Of a stretch of 14,667 nt of DNA, positions 7,591-14,667 are shown one piece after another. A program made the position numbers and the translations under genes. Under the pieces are notes generated by a model. That model saw nothing but the letters and a program-made list of their open reading frames with translations, was not told where the DNA came from and made no database searches. The number at the start of each line of letters is the position of its first letter. Within the stretch, counting starts at the first letter, position 1. The stretch covers positions 1 to 14,667 of the forward strand of contig JAEOTM010000042.1 of assembly GCA_016839815.1 (NCBI GenBank), given 5' to 3'. Origin of the DNA: Candidatus Hodarchaeota archaeon. GTDB lineage: Archaea > Asgardarchaeota > Heimdallarchaeia > Hodarchaeales > Hodarchaeaceae.

Positions 7591-9684
7591 TTATTCCTTC
7601 TTAGATTCATTCAGGAGGTATAATTCAATTTCCGTACCTGTTTTCAGAGGAACAGAACAGGTTAACTCTTTACAGATGAAGACTGTTGCTTCTTCATAAG
7701 GATAATCAATTGACTCCCCCAATCGATCCTGAACTAATGGTAAATCCTTCACCTCATCGAAAGATTCTCTGGAAATAGATAGAAATACTGCATTAGGGAG
7801 AAAATTTCTTTGAAAATAATCAAGAATCTTGTCTGTCGTGCTCAGATCTTCTCCTTCGAAGTATATACATTCAATAGGTTTCTGTTCCCAGAGTTTCAGA
7901 GAAAGTAATGCTTCTCCATTAAACGAACCATATTCCTCAAACCATCCTAGAAGAAAAGCTACTTGGTTATCTGCCCGTTTAAGGTATTCAGAATTACCTG
8001 TATAATGATATAATTTTATCAGGTTTTCTAAAGCGATTGCATTTGAGTTTGGAATTGAAAAAGTAAGGACTGGTTTTTCTCTGACAATCGTATCATCGAT
8101 CCACGGACCTGTAAAGAAATATCCAAAGCTCTTTTCATCCCAAAAATGGCTATCTAAATCTCCCTGAAATTGTGATGCGAGTTCTAAATATTTGCGTTCA
8201 CCAGTTAGACCAAAGATTTCGAGAATCGCTTGCACTAAGAGAACGTAGTCCTCAGAAAATGCCCAGCCACGAGGTTCACCTCGAAATGTTCTGTGTAATC
8301 GACCACTCTTTGGATCCCGAAGAGAAGATACAAGAGCATTTAGCGAGTTTATAGCTGAATCTAAGAGCTTAGAGTCTTTAAGAATGAATGACGCACGAGT
8401 AAATGCGAGTATTGTTATCGCATTCCATGAAACAATAACATTATCGTTCAAAAATGGTTTTTCTCGGTTTTCTCTATGCATGAAAAGCTTATTTTTAAGT
8501 TGAGAAACTTTTTTCCAAGTTATTTCTTCCTGAGCAATAGCCCGATTTAATTCTTCAGTTTCATGAAGAGCTGAATATCCTTGTTCAAAATTACCCTCGT
8601 TTGATACTCCAAAGTAACGATTAAAAAGAGAACCGTCTTCATCTCCAAGAATATCCAGAATTTCAACCTCTTTCCACACAAAAAACGCACCTTCCCTACC
8701 TTCTGAATCAGCATCCTGTGAAGAATAAAATAACCCTTCAGAAGATTGCATTTCTCTCGTTAAATAGGTGATTATCTCTTTAGCTATATCCGCATAAGCA
8801 TTATTCTTCGTCATCTGAAAGGCTTCTAAGTATAACAGTAAGAGTTGAGCATTATCATATAACATCTTTTCAAAGTGTGGAATTAGCCATTTTCTATCAG
8901 TAGAATACCGATGAAAGCCAAAACCCAATTGGTCGTAAATACCTCCTCCAGCAAGATGATTTAATGTTGTAATTACCATGTTCAGAAACGTTTGGTTCTT
9001 TGTCCTTTGAGACTCTGCGAGTAATAAGCGTAAATCGCTCACATTAGGAAATTTTGGCTGGAAACCAAAGCCTCCAAAAACTGGATCATAAGTTTCACTT
9101 AACCGCCCTAAGACGATGTCACTAACTGAGGTTATCTTTTGTGGTTCACCAGATATTGACTTTATCCTATAGGATTCTTCCAAAAATGAAAGAGTATTCT
9201 TTGTTAAAGTCTTGATTCCTTCAGGGTCTTTTTCATATTGATTGATAATATAGCGTAGTACTTGTTTAAATCCAGGTAATCCATAAGACGCCTCTTTTGG
9301 AAAGTAGGTTCCACCTGCAAATACCTGGCCTTTCGAATTTGCGAACGCGGTTAAAGGCCATCCACCTCTACCACCTGATAACCGTGCTACGGCAGTTTGA
9401 AAGGTGCTATCAAGATCTGGACGTTCCTCACGATCAATCTTAATGTTAATAAAGAGTTCATTCATTAAGTCTGCTGTCTCAGGATCTTCGAATGACTCAT
9501 GTTGCATCACATGACACCAATGACAAGCCGCATAGCCAATGGATATGAGAAGAGGCTTGTCAGGTGTCTCTTTTGCCTTTTTAAGTCCTTCTTCCCACGA
9601 ATACCATTCCACAGGATTGTAAGCATGCTGGAGAAGATAAGGACTGGTTTCATTGATAAGATGATTTGGTTTCTGATCATTCAT
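7591..9684 (-). CDS. yyaL: Thioredoxin-domain-containing YyaL/SSP411 (SPATA20-like, DUF255) protein
   Basis: Hallmark motifs [96 protein letters not shown] and C-terminal [20 protein letters not shown] at 9691-9694 (minus). Confidence 0.95.
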   Translation of the reverse strand: MNDQKPNHLINETSPYLLQHAYNPVEWYSWEEGLKKAKETPDKPLLISIGYAACHWCHVMQHESFEDPETADLMNELFINIKIDREERPDLDSTFQTAVARLSGGRGGWPLTAFANSKGQVFAGGTYFPKEASYGLPGFKQVLRYIINQYEKDPEGIKTLTKNTLSFLEESYRIKSISGEPQKITSVSDIVLGRLSETYDPVFGGFGFQPKFPNVSDLRLLLAESQRTKNQTFLNMVITTLNHLAGGGIYDQLGFGFHRYSTDRKWLIPHFEKMLYDNAQLLLLYLEAFQMTKNNAYADIAKEIITYLTREMQSSEGLFYSSQDADSEGREGAFFVWKEVEILDILGDEDGSLFNRYFGVSNEGNFEQGYSALHETEELNRAIAQEEITWKKVSQLKNKLFMHRENREKPFLNDNVIVSWNAITILAFTRASFILKDSKLLDSAINSLNALVSSLRDPKSGRLHRTFRGEPRGWAFSEDYVLLVQAILEIFGLTGERKYLELASQFQGDLDSHFWDEKSFGYFFTGPWIDDTIVREKPVLTFSIPNSNAIALENLIKLYHYTGNSEYLKRADNQVAFLLGWFEEYGSFNGEALLSLKLWEQKPIECIYFEGEDLSTTDKILDYFQRNFLPNAVFLSISRESFDEVKDLPLVQDRLGESIDYPYEEATVFICKELTCSVPLKTGTEIELYLLNESKKE

Positions 9685-9778
9685 ATAGTTCTCCGATCCT
9701 CTGAGGCTACAAATGAATACTGAAGTTAAAGCTAAATGATACGCTTTCGTAAGTTTTTGATTTACTTACCAGTGAAGA

Positions 9779-9786
9779 TTTATAAT
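9779..9786. promoter_or_regulatory. Candidate TATA box in the divergent yyaL / PIG-L intergenic region
   Basis: TTTATAAT at 9779-9786 (ATTATAAA on the minus strand) lies in a 169-nt divergent spacer. A GAGGAG SD at 9842-9847 precedes ATG 9854. Confidence 0.35.
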
Positions 9787-9853
9787 TGCCTTGATTGAAA
9801 GAATTTTGAGCCAAATAGAAATTTAGTAATAGCCATGAGATGAGGAGTATATA

Positions 9854-10615
9854 ATGTCTGATGAACCAATAGAAGTGGTCGCAATTGGAGCCCATCCAGA
9901 TGACACAGAATTAGGGATTGGCGGAACATTAGCCAAATTAGCACGAAGTGGTATTAGAACTGGAATTATAGATCTAACTACTGCCGAACCTACTCCTTTA
10001 AATGAAAAATATCGTAGTCCAGACGATTTTGAAGAAGATTACGCAGATGTACGACTAGCAGAAGCTCAAAGAGCAGCAGAAATATTGGGAGTTAAACGAC
10101 TTACTTTGAATCTTCCAAATCGTCGATTATTTGATACTTTTGAAGCAAGATGCACATTAGCAACAGTGTTTCGCAAATGGCGTCCCAAAGTTGTTATAGC
10201 AATGTATGGAAAAACATTGCTAGCGTCTCCAGATCACCATCAGGCTCAACAAATAGTAGAAGCAGCCACATTTTATAGTCGCTTAACAAAATGGGAGAAA
10301 TATTTTGAAAATTTACCGGTACATAGAATTAAATCACTCCTGTACTTTCCAGTCAGATTTATTGACCTTCACCCGGAGAATTATACCTCCTTCTTTGTAG
10401 ATATCTCCAATACCATAGATATTAAGGAAGAAGCGATATTGGTCTACAAATCACAAGGCTTCGAACCAAAAGCAACCCAGGGATTAAGACATTTTCCAAG
10501 TGTAATCATCGAATGGAATCGCAATTTAGGTTCGAGAATTGGTGTAGAGTATGCTGAACACTTAGTAACACCCAAACCATTACGATTAGATGATTTTGGA
10601 TATTTTATGAAATAA
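9854..10615 (+). CDS. PIG-L/LmbE family metal-dependent deacetylase (BshB1-like)
   Basis: VVAIGAHPDDTELGIGGT, DLTTAE, RLAEAQRAAEILGV, xPDH, FFVDIS..IDIK..AI..YKSQ and GSRIGVEYAE follow the BshB1/PIG-L pattern. Confidence 0.9.
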   Translation: MSDEPIEVVAIGAHPDDTELGIGGTLAKLARSGIRTGIIDLTTAEPTPLNEKYRSPDDFEEDYADVRLAEAQRAAEILGVKRLTLNLPNRRLFDTFEARCTLATVFRKWRPKVVIAMYGKTLLASPDHHQAQQIVEAATFYSRLTKWEKYFENLPVHRIKSLLYFPVRFIDLHPENYTSFFVDISNTIDIKEEAILVYKSQGFEPKATQGLRHFPSVIIEWNRNLGSRIGVEYAEHLVTPKPLRLDDFGYFMK

Positions 10616-10621
10616 ACCACT

Positions 10622-11548
10622 TTATTGAAGAAACTTATCTAAAGGTTGACGTTTCTGGTCTTCTATAAAGTTGTTAATTCTCTTATTTGCTAATTTGACA
10701 TACTCTTCATTGATTTCATATCCAATGAATCGGCGTGAGGTTTTCAACGCTGCTATTGCGGTCTGACCGCTCCCCATAAATGGATCCAATACAATATCTT
10801 CTTTGAAAGAATATAATTGAATTAGTCGATAAGGTAGTTCAACTGGAAACGGCGCGGGATGCCCAATTCGTTTTGCTGATTCTGTCGGAAAAGTCCAAAC
10901 ACTTTTTGTATTGGTAAGAAACTCATCTCTCGAAATTGTGTCAGATTTTTTCTCCATTCGACTCCTTTTATACAAACCTTTTGAAAAAACAAGAATATAC
11001 TCGTGAACATCTCTCAGTGTAGGATTACTAGCCGATTTCCAGCTCCCCCAGGCCGTAGAGGTTCCTGCACTTGCTGATTTATCCCATATTATCTCGCCTC
11101 TCATAAGAAACCCAAGCTCTTTCATCTGCATTATGATGTAGGAATGAAGAGGAATGTAAGGTTTACGACCTAAATTCGCAATATTTATACAAACTCTACC
11201 CCCTGGAACAAGTACTCGTCTAGTTTCAGACCAAACACGATTTAAAAATAATATGTACTCGTTTAAGCTTAAATCTTCGTCATATTCCTTTGACGAGTTA
11301 TATGGTGGAGAAGTTACAATCAGATTTATCGAATTGTCTGGCACTTCATCCATAGATTCTGCAGATTTGTGAATTATAGTATTTAAATATTCTAACTCGA
11401 CAGAACTCTCTTCTACTTCAATATGGGTTGCTTTTGGGAGTTCTTTGTAAAGTCGACGGTTGTAAAATCTGGAAGAGTTGTGACTTTCTCTCTTTGAAAC
11501 TCCAAATGATCTGGTTTGGGTACTTTTCCCCTGTTTCCTCTTTTTCAT
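10622..11548 (-). CDS. Site-specific DNA amino-methyltransferase, beta class (N6_N4_Mtase; SPPY suggests N4-cytosine)
   Basis: Motif IV (LIVTSPPY) precedes motif I (IVLDPFMGSGQT), with HPAPFPVELP and FIGYEINEEY. I place the start at MKKRKQ (ATG 11548, 308 aa). The 471-aa ORF call includes an upstream extension that overlaps the next gene. Confidence 0.93.
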   Translation of the reverse strand: MKKRKQGKSTQTRSFGVSKRESHNSSRFYNRRLYKELPKATHIEVEESSVELEYLNTIIHKSAESMDEVPDNSINLIVTSPPYNSSKEYDEDLSLNEYILFLNRVWSETRRVLVPGGRVCINIANLGRKPYIPLHSYIIMQMKELGFLMRGEIIWDKSASAGTSTAWGSWKSASNPTLRDVHEYILVFSKGLYKRSRMEKKSDTISRDEFLTNTKSVWTFPTESAKRIGHPAPFPVELPYRLIQLYSFKEDIVLDPFMGSGQTAIAALKTSRRFIGYEINEEYVKLANKRINNFIEDQKRQPLDKFLQ

Positions 11549-11777
11549 ACAAAAATCTCTAGAATCTAATTTCACATGGATATGTTGTACTTCAGGAACC
11601 ATCTCTCTGAAGATATTTTTAGACTTTGGGTCAATATGGGAAATAAGTGAAAAATTACATATTTCTTTAAGGTACAAGTCTTTCTCAATGAAATTCGATT
11701 GATATATTTGTGAAAAAAATAATCCACTCTGATCTATTCGACATTTTCGTCGCTCTCTCTCTGTTACACACTTTTGA

Positions 11778-12812
11778 ATGTATAAAATCAAAACATTATA
11801 CGTGCCTGTTCCATTTAAAACCCAGAATGATGAAAATTGGGATGTAAAAATTGAAGTGAATAAAAGATTGAGAGCTCCTAACTCCTCTAACCAGAAAAAT
11901 ATCAAGAAGAAATGGACACATGAAGAAATAGCTCTCTTAAAAGAAAATTCCCATTTAAGGGATTTTGATTTGTCTACAATGTTGAATAGGTCAGTTATAA
12001 GCATACGTGGGAAAAGGAGACAAATTGGTTTAATCAAAAAGGAAAATCCAAAGTACTCAATTAATATGAACTTTTTTAAGAGGTGGAGTAACTCAATGGC
12101 TTATATTCTGGGATATGTTTATGCTGATGGCTCAATACGAATCAGAAATAGTGGTAGTGAAGTTACAATTAAGTCTAAGGACAAAAGTATCCTTTCCAAA
12201 ATGAATTTTCTAATGGAAAGCTCATATCCCATTCATAAAGAACTCAGGACTAAAAATTACATTTATGTTCTGTCCATAAGTAGAAAGGCTTTAGTAAAAG
12301 ATCTAGTTTCACTTGGATTAACACCAAAAAAATCATTCACAATGAAATTCCCTACTGTTCCCTCAGAATTCTTTTTTCATTTTGTACGTGGATATTTTGA
12401 CGGCGATGGACATGTCAGAATCTTGTATAAAAGTTTGGAAATTTCTTTTACGAGTGGTAGTTCTGAATTTCTGAATAAGCTGCAATCTAGACTAGATGAA
12501 AATAATATAGTGTCTAAAATTTACCAGCAATCGAATGGAAACTACTTTATTTTAAAAATTTTAAATGTTAGCAGGGAGGAGGCCTATATTGCTTTCTACA
12601 AAGATGCGAATATCTATTTAGAAAGAAAAAAGAAAGTTTTTGATGAGTTCTTTTCAAAATTCCACATAAAAACTATTCAATGTGTTGATTGTAATAAAAG
12701 AGTTGTCAAAACTGGAAATAACCAAAAAAGATGTCAAGAATGCAAAAACATAAATCAAAGGCGTTTAAATAGAATTTCTTACAAGAAACGGAAAAATTAC
12801 CTCAGAAAGTAG
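11778..12812 (+). CDS. Free-standing double-motif LAGLIDADG endonuclease-family protein with an N-terminal Myb/SANT-like HTH and a C-terminal CxxC-x13-CxxC zinc motif
   Basis: Motif 1 MAYILGYVYADG (12096-12131) and motif 2 HFVRGYFDGDG (12378-12410), plus LGLTPKKS and YLERK. N-terminal KKWTHEEIALLKEN..LNRSVISIRGKRRQIGL. C-terminal CVDC-x13-CQEC (12681-12743). The start is uncertain: ATG 11778 directly follows an in-frame TGA, and GTG 11856 is the alternative. Confidence 0.88.
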   Translation: MYKIKTLYVPVPFKTQNDENWDVKIEVNKRLRAPNSSNQKNIKKKWTHEEIALLKENSHLRDFDLSTMLNRSVISIRGKRRQIGLIKKENPKYSINMNFFKRWSNSMAYILGYVYADGSIRIRNSGSEVTIKSKDKSILSKMNFLMESSYPIHKELRTKNYIYVLSISRKALVKDLVSLGLTPKKSFTMKFPTVPSEFFFHFVRGYFDGDGHVRILYKSLEISFTSGSSEFLNKLQSRLDENNIVSKIYQQSNGNYFILKILNVSREEAYIAFYKDANIYLERKKKVFDEFFSKFHIKTIQCVDCNKRVVKTGNNQKRCQECKNINQRRLNRISYKKRKNYLRK

Positions 12813-12824
12813 TTATTATAAAAA

Positions 12825-12841
12825 TTTTTTTCGTTTTTTTT
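12825..12841 (+). terminator. Double oligo-T terminator after the LAGLIDADG gene
   Basis: T7-CG-T8 begins 13 nt after the TAG stop, typical of archaeal intrinsic terminators. Confidence 0.55.
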
Positions 12842-12915
12842 GGTATACCATGTAGAAACTTTCCCGATTTGAATTTCTTCTCCAAACTGCCACATAAATA
12901 ATATTTGACAAAGTA

Positions 12916-12944
12916 AATCAAGGAAATGTTTAATTTCTTTGATT
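12916..12944. repeat. Inverted repeat / hairpin
   Basis: AATCAAGGAAAT-gttta-ATTTCTTTGATT forms a 12-bp stem with one G.T pair and a 5-nt loop. Confidence 0.55.
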
Positions 12945-13021
12945 AATTAAAATGTGGATTAGTCAATCAGGTGCCATTAAAGTATATTAACCATAGACTC
13001 TCATATTTTCTATGATACAAA

Positions 13022-13432
13022 GTGGAATCAAAAATAAAATCGGAAGTTACTGAACTTCATTCCTTTTTTCAAAAGTGGTTTAATGGAGAAATAAATTACT
13101 CAAATTTGATTTTCCAACGCTTTTCCACTGTTTTACACCCTGATTTCATTCTCATCACTCCTGAGGGGAAAAAATTTACAAAAACGCAGATTGGTAAACA
13201 AATTTGGGATGCCTATGGATCACGAGATCCAAATGACAACCCAATGGAAATCTGGGTTAAGAATTATGCCTATCTTAAGCGATTTGACTCAATTCATCTA
13301 GTAAATTATGAAGAGTGGCAGATTCACGGTACAGCAAAAAAAGGACGAATAAGTACAGCCCTATTTGAAGAATCGAGTAACAATCATAACAATGTCCGTT
13401 GGATTCTTGTCCACGAAACCTGGTTAGAATAA
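13022..13432 (+). CDS. DUF4440 / NTF2(SnoaL)-like protein
   Basis: EVTELHSFFQKWFNG, LHPDFILITPEG, VNYEEWQ, RISTALF and WILVHETW match this small NTF2-like family as I recall it. GTG start. Confidence 0.78.
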   Translation: MESKIKSEVTELHSFFQKWFNGEINYSNLIFQRFSTVLHPDFILITPEGKKFTKTQIGKQIWDAYGSRDPNDNPMEIWVKNYAYLKRFDSIHLVNYEEWQIHGTAKKGRISTALFEESSNNHNNVRWILVHETWLE

Positions 13433-13433
13433 A

Positions 13434-13736
13434 CTACTCTGTTATTGCAGATACTTTATCTTCCATTTTTCGTTCTTTATCCCGTCGATCATCAATTTTC
13501 AGTTGGGTGATCACACGATTGGCCCCAGTAGACAATATGGCTTTATGAGCTAATCGAGTAACTTCGAAAATTTGATCTAGGTCCTCAGCCTCAATTACTG
13601 TTCCCATGGGATGATGGATAACGCGAATGTTTGGAAAATTTTCAATAACTTTTACTGCTTCCTTCACATATGAGCTTAGGCTAGTTCCCTCTCCAACAGG
13701 GTAAGTTGAAAGCTCTGCAATAATCTTCTTCTTCAT
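13434..13736 (-). CDS. MTH1187/YqgV (UPF0045) thiamine-binding family protein
   Basis: IIAELSTYPVGEGTSLSSYVKEAVKVI, HPMGTVIEAEDLDQIF and RVITQLKIDDRRDK..MEDKV. A GGTG SD upstream of ATG 13736 supports a 100-aa protein rather than the 111-aa call. Confidence 0.93.
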   Translation of the reverse strand: MKKKIIAELSTYPVGEGTSLSSYVKEAVKVIENFPNIRVIHHPMGTVIEAEDLDQIFEVTRLAHKAILSTGANRVITQLKIDDRRDKERKMEDKVSAITE

Positions 13737-13772
13737 TAATACGCACCATTTATATCGTCGGTTGTTCAAAAA

Positions 13773-14453
13773 CTACTTATCATCCGGTACTCCAGTTTCG
13801 ACACTAAAACTTGGAGATGGAGCTCCAATTTCCATAATAGGTCTTTTTTGGTGTTTATCTCGTGGATCTGAATGCAATTTTAACTTACTTTTTGTGGTAA
13901 CTTTGTAAGTCACACCCGTTACCTTTAGGACGGTATCTATATGTTCAAGGAGGGTAACTATGTCATTTACGGTCGGAATTCGAAGCCACTCAATAACATA
14001 GTCGTATTTTCCCAGTAGAATACCTTTTGAGGGTCTAATTTCTGAATTTTTGTATTTTATTGCCGTGTTCAAGAGATTAATAGCCTTGGATAGACTCGGT
14101 CCATAGATACGAAAGAAAGTATAGGCTGCCCCAGTAATCTCAGGCGAATTAAAATCATAAATCAGTTTATCCTTATCTGGGACCTTTGTAGTGATGGTAA
14201 ATTTTGCCTCAGTTTCAAGTAATCGCGTATCCAGTTCTTCTATCAATGATATAATATCTGAAGTGCTCGGTATATTACTCCAAATAAACTCATAATCTGC
14301 TTCCTCTCCAATGTACGGATGTGCTCGGGCAATTTTAGCAATAAGAGCGGATTTTTCCCCCTTAGCAAGTTCAGTTTTAACTCGTCTAAGGATTCTTAAC
14401 GCAAGCGGAATTCCAGGACCATATAATTTTATCAACGATTTTGATATTTCCAT
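13773..14453 (-). CDS. Hypothetical protein made of two tandem copies of an ~80-aa alpha/beta domain
   Basis: A clear internal duplication (KLYGP...DYEFIW..IP...DI..LIE.LDT.L..T....ITTK twice) shows it is a real protein. The AGGTG SD favours ATG 14453 over GTG 14459. Confidence 0.85.
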   Translation of the reverse strand: MEISKSLIKLYGPGIPLALRILRRVKTELAKGEKSALIAKIARAHPYIGEEADYEFIWSNIPSTSDIISLIEELDTRLLETEAKFTITTKVPDKDKLIYDFNSPEITGAAYTFFRIYGPSLSKAINLLNTAIKYKNSEIRPSKGILLGKYDYVIEWLRIPTVNDIVTLLEHIDTVLKVTGVTYKVTTKSKLKLHSDPRDKHQKRPIMEIGAPSPSFSVETGVPDDK

Positions 14454-14592
14454 ATGCACCTTTCTCCATTTTAACTAGTGATCTGATATGAACCTATTTT
14501 GACTCCATCTTCCTGAGTAATGTCTTTTATAGATTTATACAGAGGATCGATGGAATGTCCTAAAAGTTTATTCTCATTTTACTTTTCAAACA

Positions 14593-14602
14593 CTTACGTA
14601 AG
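14593..14602. promoter_or_regulatory. Perfect 10-bp palindrome CTTACGTAAG upstream of the tandem-domain gene
   Basis: Seen directly. The half-site CGTAAG recurs at 14607-14612. TATAAA-like elements lie on the minus strand around 14525-14540. Confidence 0.3.
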
Positions 14603-14667
14603 GATTCGTAAGAAGGAGTTTTCTAAAGTGACTAAAAGTCCTTTATCTATTACACAGGAAATGTATC

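Noticed and set aside
8172-8354. 60-aa plus-strand ORF
   Set aside because: Antisense inside yyaL.
9499-9723. 74-aa plus-strand ORF
   Set aside because: Overlaps the highly conserved yyaL N-terminus on the opposite strand.
9707-9895. 62-aa minus-strand ORF
   Set aside because: Overlaps the PIG-L start and covers the divergent promoter spacer; no supporting motif.
10822-11010. 62-aa minus-strand ORF in an alternate frame
   Set aside because: Nested out of frame in the intact MTase, with no sign of a frameshift.
11778-12812. Intein or intron interpretation of the LAGLIDADG ORF
   Set aside because: No Hint-domain splice motifs, no host extein (in-frame TGA immediately upstream), and no rRNA/tRNA exons or bulge-helix-bulge seen in the flanks.
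11778-12812. Low GC as proof of horizontal acquisition
   Set aside because: Hand-sampled lines gave 14-18 G+C per 60 nt versus 22-23 in the MTase, but a TPR gene line gave 17, so the signal is not distinctive without a proper calculation.
14460-14667. TPP riboswitch upstream of the thiamine-binding gene unit
   Set aside because: The CUGAGA and following GAACCUG-type core elements are absent on the minus (sense) strand; partial matches are on the wrong strand and in the wrong order.
1-14667. CRISPR array, tRNA/rRNA or IS element
   Set aside because: No regularly spaced direct repeats, no cloverleaf or rRNA signatures, no transposase or convincing terminal inverted repeats; all spacers are about 230 nt or shorter.

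Overview
AT-rich, gene-dense window that looks archaeal. The TPR protein type, LLM/F420-type oxidoreductase, C-terminally anchored surface proteins, GGTG/GGAG ribosome-binding sites and oligo-T terminators fit an Asgard archaeon, perhaps Heimdallarchaeia; this taxonomy is inference only. There are about 15 credible CDS: a 5'-truncated TPR protein; a minus-strand DUF2877 / MDR / LLM oxidoreductase run; two membrane-anchored surface proteins (a TlpA-like thioredoxin with tandem Ig-like repeats, and a Cys/His-motif protein); a small membrane protein; a DMT/EamA transporter; a YyaL/SSP411 protein divergent from a PIG-L/BshB-like deacetylase; a beta-class DNA methyltransferase head-to-head with a free-standing LAGLIDADG protein carrying an N-terminal Myb/SANT-like HTH and a C-terminal CxxC-x13-CxxC zinc motif; a DUF4440/NTF2-like protein; an MTH1187 thiamine-binding family protein; and an unknown protein built from two tandem copies of one domain. 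I saw no tRNA, rRNA, CRISPR array or transposase. The best novelty candidates are the MTase/LAGLIDADG pair, the tandem-domain protein beside the MTH1187 gene, and the surface thioredoxin plus Cys-motif protein pair.
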